Of a stretch of DNA of 64,000 bases, positions 1 to 23,118 are shown one piece after another; positions within the stretch are counted from its first letter, which is position 1; every line of letters starts with the position of its first letter. The notes under the pieces are model-generated. The model was not told the origin of the DNA and ran no database searches. It saw nothing but the letters and a program-made list of their open reading frames with translations. A program made the position numbers and the translations under genes. This DNA comes from Ministeria vibrans ATCC 50519 (Eukaryota; Protista; Filasterea), in contig CALSCP010002822.1 in assembly GCA_943704425.1 (NCBI GenBank), positions 10,113-74,112 on the forward strand. Reading direction: 5' to 3'.

Positions 1-5129
<5,129 letters not shown>

Positions 5130-5517
5130 GGGCGGTTGGCTGGAGGGCGTGTGGGAGAGGGTGAGAGGTGAGTGGATGGTGGAGAGGGCTTAGCGAAAGG
5201 GCTAAGGGGAGAGAATGAGTTTTTGTCGAACCTGATCCCTGGCCCAGCGGGGGAGCGAGGAAAGAAGACTCCTGCCATGTTGAAATGCGGTTACTCGCGA
5301 TAGCAAGACAACTGAAGAAGAACTGAAGAAGTATGTGAAAAAAAAGAAAATATTGAGTTCAGAACTCCCGAAAAAAAAAAACACACAGACGAATATGACG
5401 ATGAAATAAGGTTTGCTTGAATACACGGTTCTCAGGCTAAACTCGATCAAAGGATCAACTGAGCAGCGAGAAAGGATGTAAGTAGAAACAAAAGAAAAGA
5501 ATGGGGTTTATTTCAAA

Positions 5518-6546
5518 TTAGGTTGCAACTGGCGGACTCTGTTTGACGTTGAGGAGCACATTGCGCATGCGGGAGGTGTCACGCTGGGACTTTGCGGCCT
5601 TAGGGTTGAAATCGACGAGCTTGGAAATGCGCTCGAACGGAGCGCCGGCGGAAGAATCGTCGCGCTCGGCAATGAACGCTGCCTCGCCTTCGCGGTTTGC
5701 AGCCTTAGTCTTGGTCAGCTGCTCGGCGTACCGTGCGTGCCAGTCGTCGTGCTCCTGCTTTGCCTTCTCGCGCAGCGCATCCACCGCCTGCTTCTCCTCG
5801 GCGTCCTGTGCCTCCAATTGCTTGTCGCGCTCCTCTCGCCATGCCGTAATTGCAGCGGAGTCTCCCGACACAGCCGCAATCGAGGCGTACGGATCGGCTG
5901 CCTCCTCTGCCTCCGGCTCCTAAACCACCAGTCAGTACAAAAACACTCTCATTTCCCCAGCCTGTAGCTGTACAACCAAAAGCACAGCCTACCTCAAAGG
6001 CGCCGGCTCCTTCAAAGCTACCGCCGCTCATGAGCCCCTCATCGGTGTAGCCACCGCCAAAGTCGCCGTCCGTCGTCGGTGCCACATAGCCGTCCGCACC
6101 GCCCTCAAACGCCCCACTGTCCGCGCCTCCCTCAAACGCGCCGCCATCAACACCCCCCTCGAACGCTCCGCCGTCAACAAAGGCGCCGCCTGCGTTGAAT
6201 TCGCTCGTTTCCAAGTTGGTCTAAGAAGGAGACGGATGGAAAAAAAAAATGAGAGAGAGAGAGAGAGAAGATTGTGAAAAAGTCGACATCGGAGAGAGAC
6301 ACGTCGAAAAGACGACACAGAGGCGCTGGAGCAGTGCTGGTACAATGCGCTTGGGGCAAGCGACGAGTGGATGGTGCGCTGTGCGGCGTCACAGAGACAA
6401 AAGTTTGGACATGAAAATACAAACCCCAAAGCGACGTTGCACAGCCGCACAGCCCTCATACCCACGTGAAACACCGCGTGAAAAGGCAAGCTATGGCGCG
6501 CGTTGATGGCGCAGAGACGCATTAAAACTCGATAAAAAGAGAGTTC

Positions 6547-6580
<34 letters not shown>

Positions 6581-6796
6581 TTTTGCGGCTGTTGTGATAG
6601 AAACGGGCCACGGCAGCGCAGCGAGACGGCGGAACGCAGCCCGGGTGCACAGGGCAGACTGGGGCGCGGGGCAAGCGGGGGGTTTGCGGACCTCTGTGAG
6701 TGCGGCCAAATCGGCCTTTTCGCTCTCCAGGAAGGCCGCCATGTCCGTGTTGGTGCCCGACGCATCCTCGCCCCCGACAATTTCAAAGTCAGCCAT
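5518..6796 (-). CDS. CLTA: Clathrin light chain (3 exons)
   Basis: N-term MADF..DMAAFLESEKADLAAL; acidic Gly-rich linker; C-term AITAWREERDKQL..FERISKLVDFNPK..RDTSRMRNVLLNVKQ, TAA at 5518. Confidence 0.93.
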
Positions 6797-6996
6797 GTTT
6801 ATGTATGCAAGAAAAGTGTCGAAACTCTTAACTTTAACTAATAACTCGTCAAAGTCACAAGTCAAAAGTGATTAAGTTTCAAGTTTGTGATCACAACTCG
6901 CAGTCTCACTCTTTTTAATAGAAGTATAAAATAAGATATGTCGGTGAGTCGCACACACGCAAATGGGAAGGGACGCGTCGGATCAGCGTTTTGCGC

Positions 6997-7045
<49 letters not shown>

Positions 7046-7578
7046 ATATATTTTCTGTGAGTGAGCCATAGCGCATGCTACGACTTCCTTTGCGCGGCGA
7101 CTGTGCTGAGACGTGCCCCACGGAGCAAGCAGCGGGCGTCGCAGCGGCTCGTGTGCCCTGGGAGTGGCTGTGGAGGGCACACAGTGTTTCCATTGACATC
7201 CGATGTCACCCGTCCGATTGCCCGTCGTGCCGCGTCCATCCTCCCTGAGCGGATCATCCCTCTAGTGTCCCCTCCATCCGCTCAATCGGCAATTGCTGTC
7301 GTGGAATTGCGAAATGGTTTGCGTCTTTTTTTTTTCGTCAATTTTTTTTTGCAAATATCACTTTGTCTGTGGCAAGAGACGTTAAATTGCACGCAGATTG
7401 CTCGTATGGGGCACCGACAGTGCTGATCTTGCGGTGGACACTGTCTAGAGTCGTGTGTATTGCGTAGATTTTTTTTTGTTGGTCATTTGTCATTTTTTGA
7501 GCTTTTTGTCTCCAGTCGATGAAATGGCGTCGCTGTAACGCGCCTGTTGTCGTGAGAGAGTCTTGTGTGGGGGTTCAA

Positions 7579-8168
7579 ATGGCGAGTTGCGAGAGATTGG
7601 ATATTTGGTTCACAAGTCAAAACTCAAGTCATAATTTACTCTCTTTGTCTGTCTTACTTATGTATTGTGTCTGTGTGTGTGTAGTCGGGAATCAACGAGC
7701 TTCTGCGTGCGGAAAAGGCAGCCGGTAAGAGACGCGACAAGGCCAATGGATGACTCGTGTGGGTTCTGATAATGTTTCTGTTGTTGTTGTTGTTGTTGTT
7801 GTTGTTGTGTAGCCGAGCAAGTAGCAAAGGCACGAAAGCGCAAGGCAGCAATGCTCAAGAAGGCCAAGGAGGAGAGCGAAGAGGAAATTCTCCAGTTCAA
7901 GACACAGAAGGAGAACGAATTTCAGGCAAAACTCAAGGAGGTATGAATGCGCACAGCGAAGAAAAGGAAAAGAAGAAATTAATGCGTGTCGTAGCAAATT
8001 GGCGCCAACGACACGATTGCGGCGAAACTGCGCAAAGAGACGGACCAGTCGATTGACGCGATGATTGCCTCGACGGCATCGCACAAACAGGAGGTCATTG
8101 ACAAGCTGCTAGATGTGGTGTGTGACATTAAGGTCACCTTACACACCAATTACAAGGAGGAAGAGTAG
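7579..8168 (+). CDS. ATP6V1G: V-type H+-ATPase subunit G (start codon uncertain)
   Basis: Spliced exons read SGINELLRAEKAA|EQVAKARKRKAAMLKKAKEESEEEILQFK..|..KQEVIDKLLDVVCDIKVTLHTNY..TAG(8168), the typical subunit G pattern. Confidence 0.9.
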
Positions 8169-8520
8169 GAAAGAATAAAGTGAAAATGTAGCAGTTGAGT
8201 GTTTTAGTCTTGATGGAGAACTTCCTTGATATGAGTATCAATACGGGGGGGGGGGGGGCACGAGAAAAGCGGAACACGCGTGAAGCATGCTTTCCCGAGG
8301 CGGCTTCACAAACATGGTCGAACTTTGTGAGAGCACATGTTTGGGTCTATGGGCGCTCCATCTTTCAACTTTCTGAATTCTGGGGGGTTAATCTATGGCA
8401 ACAGCATTGCATTACTCTATTTGTAATACATTAATAAAATAATTATTCTTTTCGCTTTGTACTACGATGAGTTCTTATTCGATTGAAAAATATAATCATG
8501 CATCAATTTTTCTTTCTCTT

Positions 8521-13927
<5,407 letters not shown>

Positions 13928-13981
13928 TAATAATAATACTCATTGATCTTTTTATTAATACGTCGTTGTTGAAATGTTATG

Positions 13982-15248
13982 CTACAAGTGTGCGAGTATG
14001 AACATGTGAAGTGGAAGATTGGAGCGACGTTCGACGGTGGAAGGAGTGCAGGTGAGCCAAGAGAGACGCGAGAGCTCACGTGTGCAGGCAACAAGTTCAT
14101 CCGAGGGACTGAGAGAGACAGAAGAGAGTACACATGTGAGGAGGGGAGACGGCAAGAGGCACACCAAGCGCTTACCTCAAATCCGGTTTGATTTCGTAGT
14201 TGTTGAGCCACAGATGAAGTTCGTAGACTCTCGGATGGAACGCAATTAGATTGGATGACAGTTCGGTGGTGGAGAGGATGGCAGTGGCTAAAGGGTTGGG
14301 TGAGAGAGACTGTTGGGACGAGAGAGGGTGCGTGAGAGGACAGACTGAGTCGCGTGAGATGAGAGGCGTTGCAGTGTCAGCTGTTGTTCCTGTTGTTATT
14401 GGTGTTGTTGTTGTTGTTGTTGTTGTTGTTGCTGGTGTTGTTGTTGTTGTTGAGGATGTTGTGGTGGTAGTGTTGGTGTTGGTGGTGGCGGTGGTGAGTT
14501 GAATGCGGTGTGATGACTGCATGGAGATGAGGTGGGTGCTTGTGAGGCATGCGGGTGTGCTCTTGTACGTGCATGACTAAAGAAATAAAATTGTGTGAGG
14601 AATGTATTATATATAATTATGTGGTGTGGTGTGATTATTTGGTATACTTTGCAGTTGATTTTTTGCGCGAGAAACCTTTGCACTGGTTCCTTCAAAACTT
14701 CCTTCCAATCTACAAAACACAAACGTACTAAAAGTTACAACACAAAACAAGACAAACACGCAATGTGCTTACATTTCAGTTCTGGTTCACTGATTGTTCC
14801 GACTCGCTCAATGAACACTCTCCATTGCAAAGTGGTCTCTCGCATCAATCGCAAACAGAACCTCCAAATGCGCTTAATCCTAAAGAAAAAAGGAAGAAAA
14901 AAGAAGGAAAGAACGAAAGAGAGAGAAAAACAAAGTGATAAAGAAAGAAACGGAGAGAAAACAAAGAATGAGCACACAATGGAAGTGGGTTATCAAGGGT
15001 ATAAAACGATACGCGTCAGAGAGAGAGGACACGACAAGCGAATGCGGGGACGAGCGGTGGGGGCGTGACGGATCAGCCCAGGCGAGTCTGAGAGGCTCCA
15101 TGAGGGCACCGTGAGCATCGGTGACGACGGCACTCACGTGTGTCGGGTGAATAGCGTAGCAGCAGTGCAGGCGGGAAGTCTAATATGTGTGCGTGTGTGT
15201 GTGTGTGTGAGTGAGTCAATAAGTAGTCAGTCAACAGAACTCTCATCC

Positions 15249-15283
<35 letters not shown>

Positions 15284-18200
15284 TGTACTCCGTTGAATGA
15301 CTGTAGGTGATTGCCGGTGCTTCGATCGTCTTGAGCTGCGCCAATAGAAGCCAAAACAGTCACTGGTGAGAATATTTGAACTTCATTCTTTCGCCACTCA
15401 GCCTAAGTGTACAAGAAGTAAATTATTATGATTAGAAGAAAAACGACATGTGTGAGGTCGTACATCGTCGCCAGACCACCACAAAGGCGACGAGAGATGG
15501 GTTCTGTTTGAGGCGTAAGTGCCAAGTGCAATCTTTCGGGCCATTTGAAGTGCACCCGCCTGAAGAACCTCACGCATAGTCAGTATGCGGAAGCAGAGGG
15601 ACGACGGAGATGCCTTGAGGTTGTCGGTGAGACGCGCAAGGAGACGACGACGGAGCAGCGCATCACGCGCACAAGACTGCTGTTGTAGTTGATGAGGTAG
15701 TTGGGAGTTGGAGTGAGAGGTGGACGAGAAGGTTTCGCTCTGGAGCGGTGAGACAATGTAGATGCAGGTGAAGGAACGGTCGCTATCTTCCTTGTTGAGG
15801 AAATCCAAAATCTTTTGCGCAAGCATGTCGATCATGGCTTCTGCTGAGTCTGTCTCGGACAAATTAACGCGGTAGTTTCTGATGGTACGGTGTTCACCCA
15901 ACCGCATTTCGGCAAATTCGCACTCGATTTCGGTGAGGAGACGCGCAACGGCTGAGTGCACAATGCGCGACTGCTCATAAGCAACAAAGCAAAAGGCAGA
16001 AATGCGTTTCGTGCCACCGTATGGCCCAAGCTTGAGCTGCGACCAGTGGCGCAGGGCGAGAGGGGATACGGCGACCGACTTGCCCAGCGACTCCTCGTAC
16101 TGCATGTAGTTGGTGACGGAGAGCAAGCCCATGCCCTGGTCCTGTGCCTTGGGCGGCACAGCCACAAGCGGCGGAAGACTGTGTGCCGTAACAACCACTG
16201 GTGGCACTTCTACACGCTCGCCGGGCCACTTGTGAGCGACACTTGTTGAATCTACGTCGCGTGTAGAAATGACATTAACAATCACGTCCATTTCGGCAGC
16301 GTTTGCGACGACATGGCTAGAAGGGCGTGTTCTGCGTCGGGAAGGTGCGCCATTCGCGTGGTGGTCATCCGCAGTCGTGTCCATTTCACTGTTGCTCTGT
16401 GCGAGCAACAGTTGTGCGGCTACGTGTGCTCTGGCACAACCATCGCGCATGGTAGACTCGAGCAGGTGCTGCACGGCAAAGACGCCGGAGTCGTCGCCGT
16501 CAGAGGCGTCACCCAGAGCCCGCACAAACGCCTGGTTGCATAAGTGGAACTCAGTACGACACGTACCGCACTGACGATCGAGTTCAGCGCATTCGCAGGC
16601 GCAATACGCAGTTGGATCGGCCTGGACAGGCTCCACGTCGACGACCAAGTCCAAGTCGTCCGAGTGACGCATGGCCCATACAGCGTCGTCGCCGGACGAG
16701 AGCACAAGCGCAAGTGCAAGTGGATCGGCAAGGAGCGCCAAGCTGTTGTTGCGGTCATTGTCCTCTGACTCATGCTGAGGCGACTCCATTGACACCCTTG
16801 GTGAATGCTCCTGCTCGTCCGGCGGTGTCTCCATGAGCACATCGCCATCATCATCATGAGAATCGTTCGAAGGCGAGCATGGACCATTCAGCTCGTCGAC
16901 ATCATCGTTGGATATGGTTAAAGGGAGCACACTCGGTGGAGGTGTGAGCAGTCGCATCTGGTCTTGATCACGCTTCTCCTCTGCTGCACGTTCAATGATC
17001 ATGCGTTGCTCCGCCTCACGTTCGTCCTCTTCGGTGAGACCGACCGGACGATAACCACGCGGAGTGAACGTGAGCAGAGGCTCACTGGTCGCATCGGGGG
17101 TATAGGTTGTGCGTACAGGAGGAATGGAAACGGGGGTGGGAGTGGGAAGGGTATCAACAGCAGTCGTTGTCATGGTATTGGTAGGAGGGGAAATGGAAAG
17201 GTCGGGTGAGAGGCCAAGGTCGTCGAAGTAGGCATTGGTGGCGTCGGGGGTGGAGGGAAAAACCGCCGGGATGTCCAAGGTAGACATGAAGTCGTCGTTG
17301 GCATCGGCGTCTAATGGGGGACTGGTGGGGATGGGGGTATGTTGGGCGTCTGTGTGGTCCTGATCGGCCGTGAGCGGGAGAAGATACGAGAGGGTGGCTG
17401 GAGATTGAGCAGCATTTGTAGTAGCAGCGGCGATTGTGGCGGGTATCTCAGCTAATGTTGCTGTTGTCGTGGCGGTAGTAGTGGCGGTGATGTTGGGGTG
17501 AGTTGCGAGGCGGATCGGTCGGACAGCGTCGATTTGAGGGAGGTGAGCGGCCTGAGAGCGAACGCACGACCAAAAGACTTGGCGGTAGCGACGAATGAGT
17601 GAGAGTGAGAGGGGAACAGGCGAGGAGGTTGAGTTTGACGTGGACAAAGAAAAAGAAGCTGAGGGGTCGTTCTCTGGAGGGCCAAGCAGGGAGGAGTCGG
17701 AGGAAGAAGATTCGGTGAAGATGAGTGCGGCAGGATAGCGCATGGTGATTCCCTCGACCTGCACGTTGACCATGGGGCTGTCGCTCTGCACGATGTCTTG
17801 GAGGCCCGGGTAAAATCGACACCAGTCTTGGATGATGGCATTGTCAAGGGCGCGGTTGGGGTCGTTGGGGTCGTTGGTGGTGGTCGTGGTGTCGACAAGT
17901 TCGCTGGAGTTGGTGTCTTCGGGTGCGCTTGGGGGTACGAGAGACGCCGGCAAACCGTGCGGGGAGAGGCGCAGAGGCGGGGAAGTGGATGAAAGGCGCG
18001 ACGAGTCGCTGCAGGCGAACGCCTTGAGCGTAGGGTCGGGAGCAATGTGGAAGAAGGCAACGAGGGCGGGACCGACTTGGGCAATGGAGGCGTCGCAGCG
18101 CAGGCCATCACGACGATGGTAGGCATGCCCGAGGCGCAAGTAGCCGCACGACAGGAGGGCTACTTCGACGGCGTTGTGCGCGGCTCGCCACAGCAGCGTG

Positions 18201-18487
18201 CGGCGCGTTTGCGAGGTGGCGATGCGACGCTGTTTCGCGACGCGCGTTCCTTCAAACGCCGGCAGTGCCTCGTTCTGCTGGGTAAAAGCCGCCAGCGCAT
18301 GCGAGACCGGGCCGTCCGGGGCCCACTGGGCGTCGGCGAGGTGGACGACAAGGACGCCGCGGGCGCGCAACGAGGCATAGGCGCGCAGAAGCGGCGAAGA
18401 GGAATACGACGCGCTTTCGTCGTCATCAGGCACGATGAGCGACCAGATGGCGTGGTCCACGTCACGGACGAGGACCGATGTATTCAT
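13982..18487 (-). CDS. MED13: Mediator CDK8-module subunit 13
   Basis: MRYPAALIF; AVSPLALRHWSQLKLGPYGGTKRI; IWRFCLRLMRETTLQWRVFIERVGTISEPELK; C-terminal LSRLSWLTCTPSTVERRSNLPLHMFILAHL*. These match conserved Med13 blocks. Confidence 0.88.
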
Positions 18488-18619
18488 GCAATACAGAAAA
18501 GAAAAGAAAAAGTAATGTGAATTATTGTGACAACAGATAATGTTATCTCAAAAGTCGAAACTGATTGTAAAAATGATTTCACACGCACAAATGACAAATG
18601 ACACAATTTTTTGATCACA
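18488..18619. promoter_or_regulatory. Putative bidirectional promoter between MED13 and MAT1
   Basis: 132-bp AT-rich gap between divergent ATGs; contains TTGTGAC / TGACAA / TGATCACAA motifs. Confidence 0.6.
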
Positions 18620-20557
18620 ATGGATGACGATTTGGATATACCGTCATGCCCTGTTTGCAATGTATGTAGATGGTGGTTGAGGCGAGAGAGACGGCCTCAT
18701 ATCAAGTGTTTCTCTTGCGTCTCTTTCACACAGGGAAACCGAACGAACATGCCAGCGGGATTTGCACTGCTTGTGTCTCCGTGCGGACACTCCTTGTGAG
18801 TGAACGATGCCTGCGGGCGGGGTGGGTGTGGGGACATGGCGAGGGCGTAACGGGTTGTTGTCTGTGCAGGTGCGGCGGATGCGTTGCGAATCGGTTTGGG
18901 CGCTCGATGGTCTCTGGCGTCTGTCCGACGTGCCAGCGCCGGAATCTGCGCGCAAACGACTTTGTCACGTCCGCCTTTGAGGATACCTTGGTGCACGCAG
19001 AGATGCGCGTGCGCGAGAGGATTGTGAACATGTAATAGATTGTTATGTGAGTGAGTGTGTGTTTGACTGTCTCTTGTGTTGCAGTTATAACAAACCTGAG
19101 AGTTCGTTTTCGTCGTTGCGCGAATACAATGACTATCTTGAGACCATTGAAGATATTGGTAAGGGCGAGAAGCGAGCTAAACAAATATCAAGAGAACCAT
19201 CAGCGGAATTTTGATAATTGTTTTGGGTAGTGTTCAATTTGACGAATGGGATTGATGTGGCTGAGACGGAAGGACGTGTGCGAGAGTATGAGAAGCAGAA
19301 CAGAGCAGATATTGCAAACAACAAGGGGCATACTGTAAGAGAGAGAGTTTGAGAAATATAGAGAGAGTTGTTTGAGTTTGAGAGAGAGAGAGTTTGAGAG
19401 AGAGTTTGAGAGAGAGAGTTTGAGAGAGAGAGAGTTTGAGAGAGAGAGTTTGAGAGAGAGAGAGTTTGAGAGAGAGAGAGTTTGAGAGAGTTTGAGAGAG
19501 AGAAAGAGGAAAGAGAAAAACCAAGTGATAGAGAGGAGAAAGAAACCAAGTGATAGAAAGGAGAAAGAAACAAAGTGATGGAGAGAATGGAGGCAAAGTG
19601 AGAAGTGACGTATAACTTGTGTTGAATTTCAGGTGGAAGAAATGGACAAGTTATTGCATGAGATTGAGCTTGAGCAAAGAGAGGTAAAACAGATTAATTT
19701 TTTGATATAGAATTGAACTGTACCCCACCCCAAATGACAAATGTATCACTGAACCCTAAATGACCAGTGTAGCCCTAACCGTCACCCTAATGCCAATTAT
19801 TATTATAATCTCAACTCTAATCCTCATGACAACCCTTAGCACGCAGAACAACGACGTCTGGCAGTCGAAGCAGAGAAACGACGGGCCGACGAAGAAGTCT
19901 TGCGCCACGAAGAACTTTTACGCGAACTGGCGGATAACATGGACGAAGACGCGACTGTGGTCACGAAGCGATTCCGCGAACGAGAACTGCTCCTCAAAGC
20001 AAAGAAAAACCTTCAACTTGTCAGTTTTTTAATTATTATGTTTAATGCGTGCGATATGTTTTTCAACTCTCTTTTGCGTCTCGATTAGGAATCCGAAATG
20101 AGAGAGAGCGAAGCACAAAAATTGGCAGAAAGTGCAGAAACGGACGTTCAACATTTAGGAGTGAGCGGGAGAGGAGCGAGAAAACGAAAGCGAGGACAGA
20201 ACGAAGAAAGCGAAAGAGACGAAGAAGATCGATATGTCTATGAGAGTCCTTTTCAAACAGACTCTTATGGGCCAATTGTACCCGATTTGGACACAATTGA
20301 GCGATTGGGGTAACTGTTCATCTCAAAATCTCAATGAGCCTCAATCACACCAGTCTCTTATAATCTCAATTTTCTTTTCAATCATACTGACACACACACA
20401 CACTCACACACTAACTCACTTTCACTCCCTCAGCTATGCACACCACATCGCAATGCACTCTGAGTCAGTGCGCGGAGGCTTACGTGCGTCTGTCGTCGCT
20501 CTGCGCTATCTATCTTCTTCTCGGTCGGCTCTTTTTGACTTTGCGATTCACTCCTGA
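18620..20557 (+). CDS. MNAT1: CDK-activating kinase assembly factor MAT1 / TFB3
   Basis: RING CPVC..LLVSPCGHSLCGGCV..CPTC; FEDTLVHAEMRVRERI; YNDYLETIEDIVFNLTNGIDV; coiled coil; C-term SVRGG. Confidence 0.93.
19338..19575. repeat. Intronic (GA)n-TTT compound repeat with CAAGTGATAGA units
   Basis: Repeated GAGAGAGAGTTT units inside a MAT1 intron. Confidence 0.85.
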
Positions 20558-20654
20558 CCGCCCAAAGTTCATAATAACAACAATATTATTATAATTGTAA
20601 AAAATATTCCATCTTTAGATTTCTCTCTCCCTCTCTCTATCTCTGTCTGAGATT

Positions 20655-22449
20655 TTAAGTCTTTTTGGATTTCCAGTTTTCCTGACTCTGCTGCAAGTTT
20701 GAAAGACGGTCCTTGAGGCGACCGCCCTCCACCCGCACGCTCGTGTCGCGCGACTTCCACTTGAAGGCGTCTTGGATTTCAGAGAGGGCCTCTGCTGGAG
20801 AGCGCCCAGTGACTACCTCTTTAGTACCAGGACCCTATTTGGGGCGGAGGGAGGAGAACGCGTTTAAGGCCATAGGGTTAGGGTTCGGGTTAGAATTACT
20901 TTGTATGCTGAGTTGACGGAGATAGCGGCGAGTCGGTCGGCAATGCCCTGTTCAACGGAGACAGCGAGGTCCGATGTAGAGCCCTTGGCCGACTCACACA
21001 GTTGCTTAAGACGTGTGTTGACTTTCTCGTTGCCTGTGTCGCCATCGACGACGAAACTAGGGCCCTTGTAGTCTCCGCGCGCCTTCATGATGCCAATCTT
21101 GCCGTGGATGTCGTTGAGGTTTGTCAGCAGAATATCTTCTTTGGCGCGGCTCCAGTGCTGAGGCTAAGGATGTGTGCGTGTGCGCGCGTGAGTGGTGATC
21201 AGTATCAAAATGCTAGGGTTACTTTGTCGTCTTCCGTTGCTGGTTTTGTTGCTGCTGATGATGATGCGGAAGGGGCTGCTGGAGGAGCATTGGACGGAGG
21301 AGGAGGGCGCGTGACAGGCGCGGGGGGAGGCACCGGGTCGCTCTTGGCAGCACCGGGAGGAAGCGATGCAGGAGGTGGAGGAGCAGGCACTGCAGAGAGA
21401 GTGAGATAGAGAGAGGGGAAAACGAAACAAGTGTGTGAGTGAGTCAGAAAAGTGTGGTATATTGTGGCTACTTTGTGACAGTTTGGTCAGGGTGGCGCCT
21501 TGAGAGTAGTCTGAACTTCCGTCTTTGTGAGCGATCTGCATGTGAACGCCGATTCAGCTCGTGTGATCTCTTTCATCCATTGTACCTTTGGGGCGACGTA
21601 TTCGACCCCTTGAGGCGCTGCCAGAACAGTGTTGTAGTAGATTTTATCCTGCATAATATCAGCGGGCACGGCATAGAAGTCGTAGTCGCCAGGGACAGCG
21701 TAGAGTTCCTGTGCGAAAGACAAGAAGTACACTTGGGATGAGGCTTGTAATGCACTATATGGGTGAGTGCACTTGAAAAGAGGCATGTAATACAATAGCA
21801 CACGGCACGCAATACAGTAGTGGAGGCATGCAATGCAGCAGTGCACTTGGGGGGCAAGTCATGTAATGGAGTCTGACATACGTCATGTAACGTGTGCAGT
21901 TCACTTTTGATAACACATGTAATGCAGTGTGTATAAAGTTCACATGAGATAAGGTTTGTGCGGTCGCTGCGAGGGCACTGCATCCAACAGGGACACACAC
22001 GAATGTACACACACATATATACATGCACCATTCCATGAACTCTACTCACATGTATACGATTTCGAATTGCAGTGCCAAATTTCTCGAGAGCATAAAATTA
22101 TATAAAATTTGCATTTGAGAGTTATTCTCAGCGTAAACATCAAGAAGCAGCGGGGAGGGGGGGGAAAGCAATTGGTGGGTGCAGTGCAGGGTCCAAGGGT
22201 GCATGGGGTGAGGGAGGGGAGCGCTTCTCAGAGTGGAACAGTCCAAAAGAGCGATTTTGCGATCGCACTGCTTACTTCGACTTCCCTCTGCTGCGTGAGG
22301 CTGTTCTGCAGAAGACGCAGGCGGTGGGTGACGTCGTTGGCTGCGGAGGGGTCATTCCACGCCTCCTGCTTGAGCAGGCCGGAGAGGAGAGCTTCGACTT
22401 CAACGAGCTTGTCTTCAATCAGCCCGATGCGTTCGTCCTTGGTTGTCAT
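20655..22449 (-). CDS. Uncharacterised protein: N-terminal coiled coil, Tyr-motif exon, Pro-rich linker, helical C-terminus
   Basis: MTTKDERIGLIEDKLVEVEALL..QQREVE|GTAAG. Exon ELYAVPGDYDFYAVPADIMQDKIYYNTVLAAPQGVEYVAPK. Pro-rich exon 21220-21389. Last exon GPGTKE..LKDRLSNLQQSQENWKSKKT*. One middle exon is unresolved. Confidence 0.65.
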
Positions 22450-22666
22450 GGCGCACGCAACGACTCGATCAGGCTTGGCAAAAGAAAATAAAATAAGATT
22501 GGCTGATTCACTTGATTGCGTGGTTATTTTATTGATCTTTGGCGATCTATATTAAAATAATCGAGATCGTGTCACAAATAATACTAATTTTGGGCTGAGA
22601 AGTGAGAAGTGACTCGAGTCAGAGTTCTTTTTTCCAATTTCGACTCTGCAACACGACGACGACACA

Positions 22667-23083
22667 ATGGGTGCCATACAGCCAAAGCACGCGCCCGAGA
22701 AAACCACGGAAAAGGTAATGTGGAGAGACTCACGCGATGCGCAATGCTCTCACATGCACGACTCGCTCTCACACGCTTCCTGGACTCCTTTTTGACATGC
22801 AGGCCAACGCTTGGGTTGACGACCACGATAGATATTGCTGTGTTGTACGTTCTAAACCCGAATCACTCTGTGTTTTCTGTCAAGGGATAAAATGTGAAGA
22901 CAAACTGACTGTCGAAATTCTTTTGCTCTCTCTCTCTCTCTCTCTCTCTCACTTTCTGGTGCGCAGGAGTGCTCGTACCACTTCTCACTACTGAACAGAA
23001 GACACCACTGCAGAGCCTGCGGCGACCTCTACTGCGGCGACTGCTCAGCGTACGTTTGAGTGACTTTCACACGAAAGACAAGT

Positions 23084-23118
<35 letters not shown>

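Noticed and set aside
20875-20895. TAGGGTTAGGGTTCGGGTTAG telomere-like repeat
   Set aside because: Only ~3 imperfect units in a short intron; too little to call an interstitial telomere.
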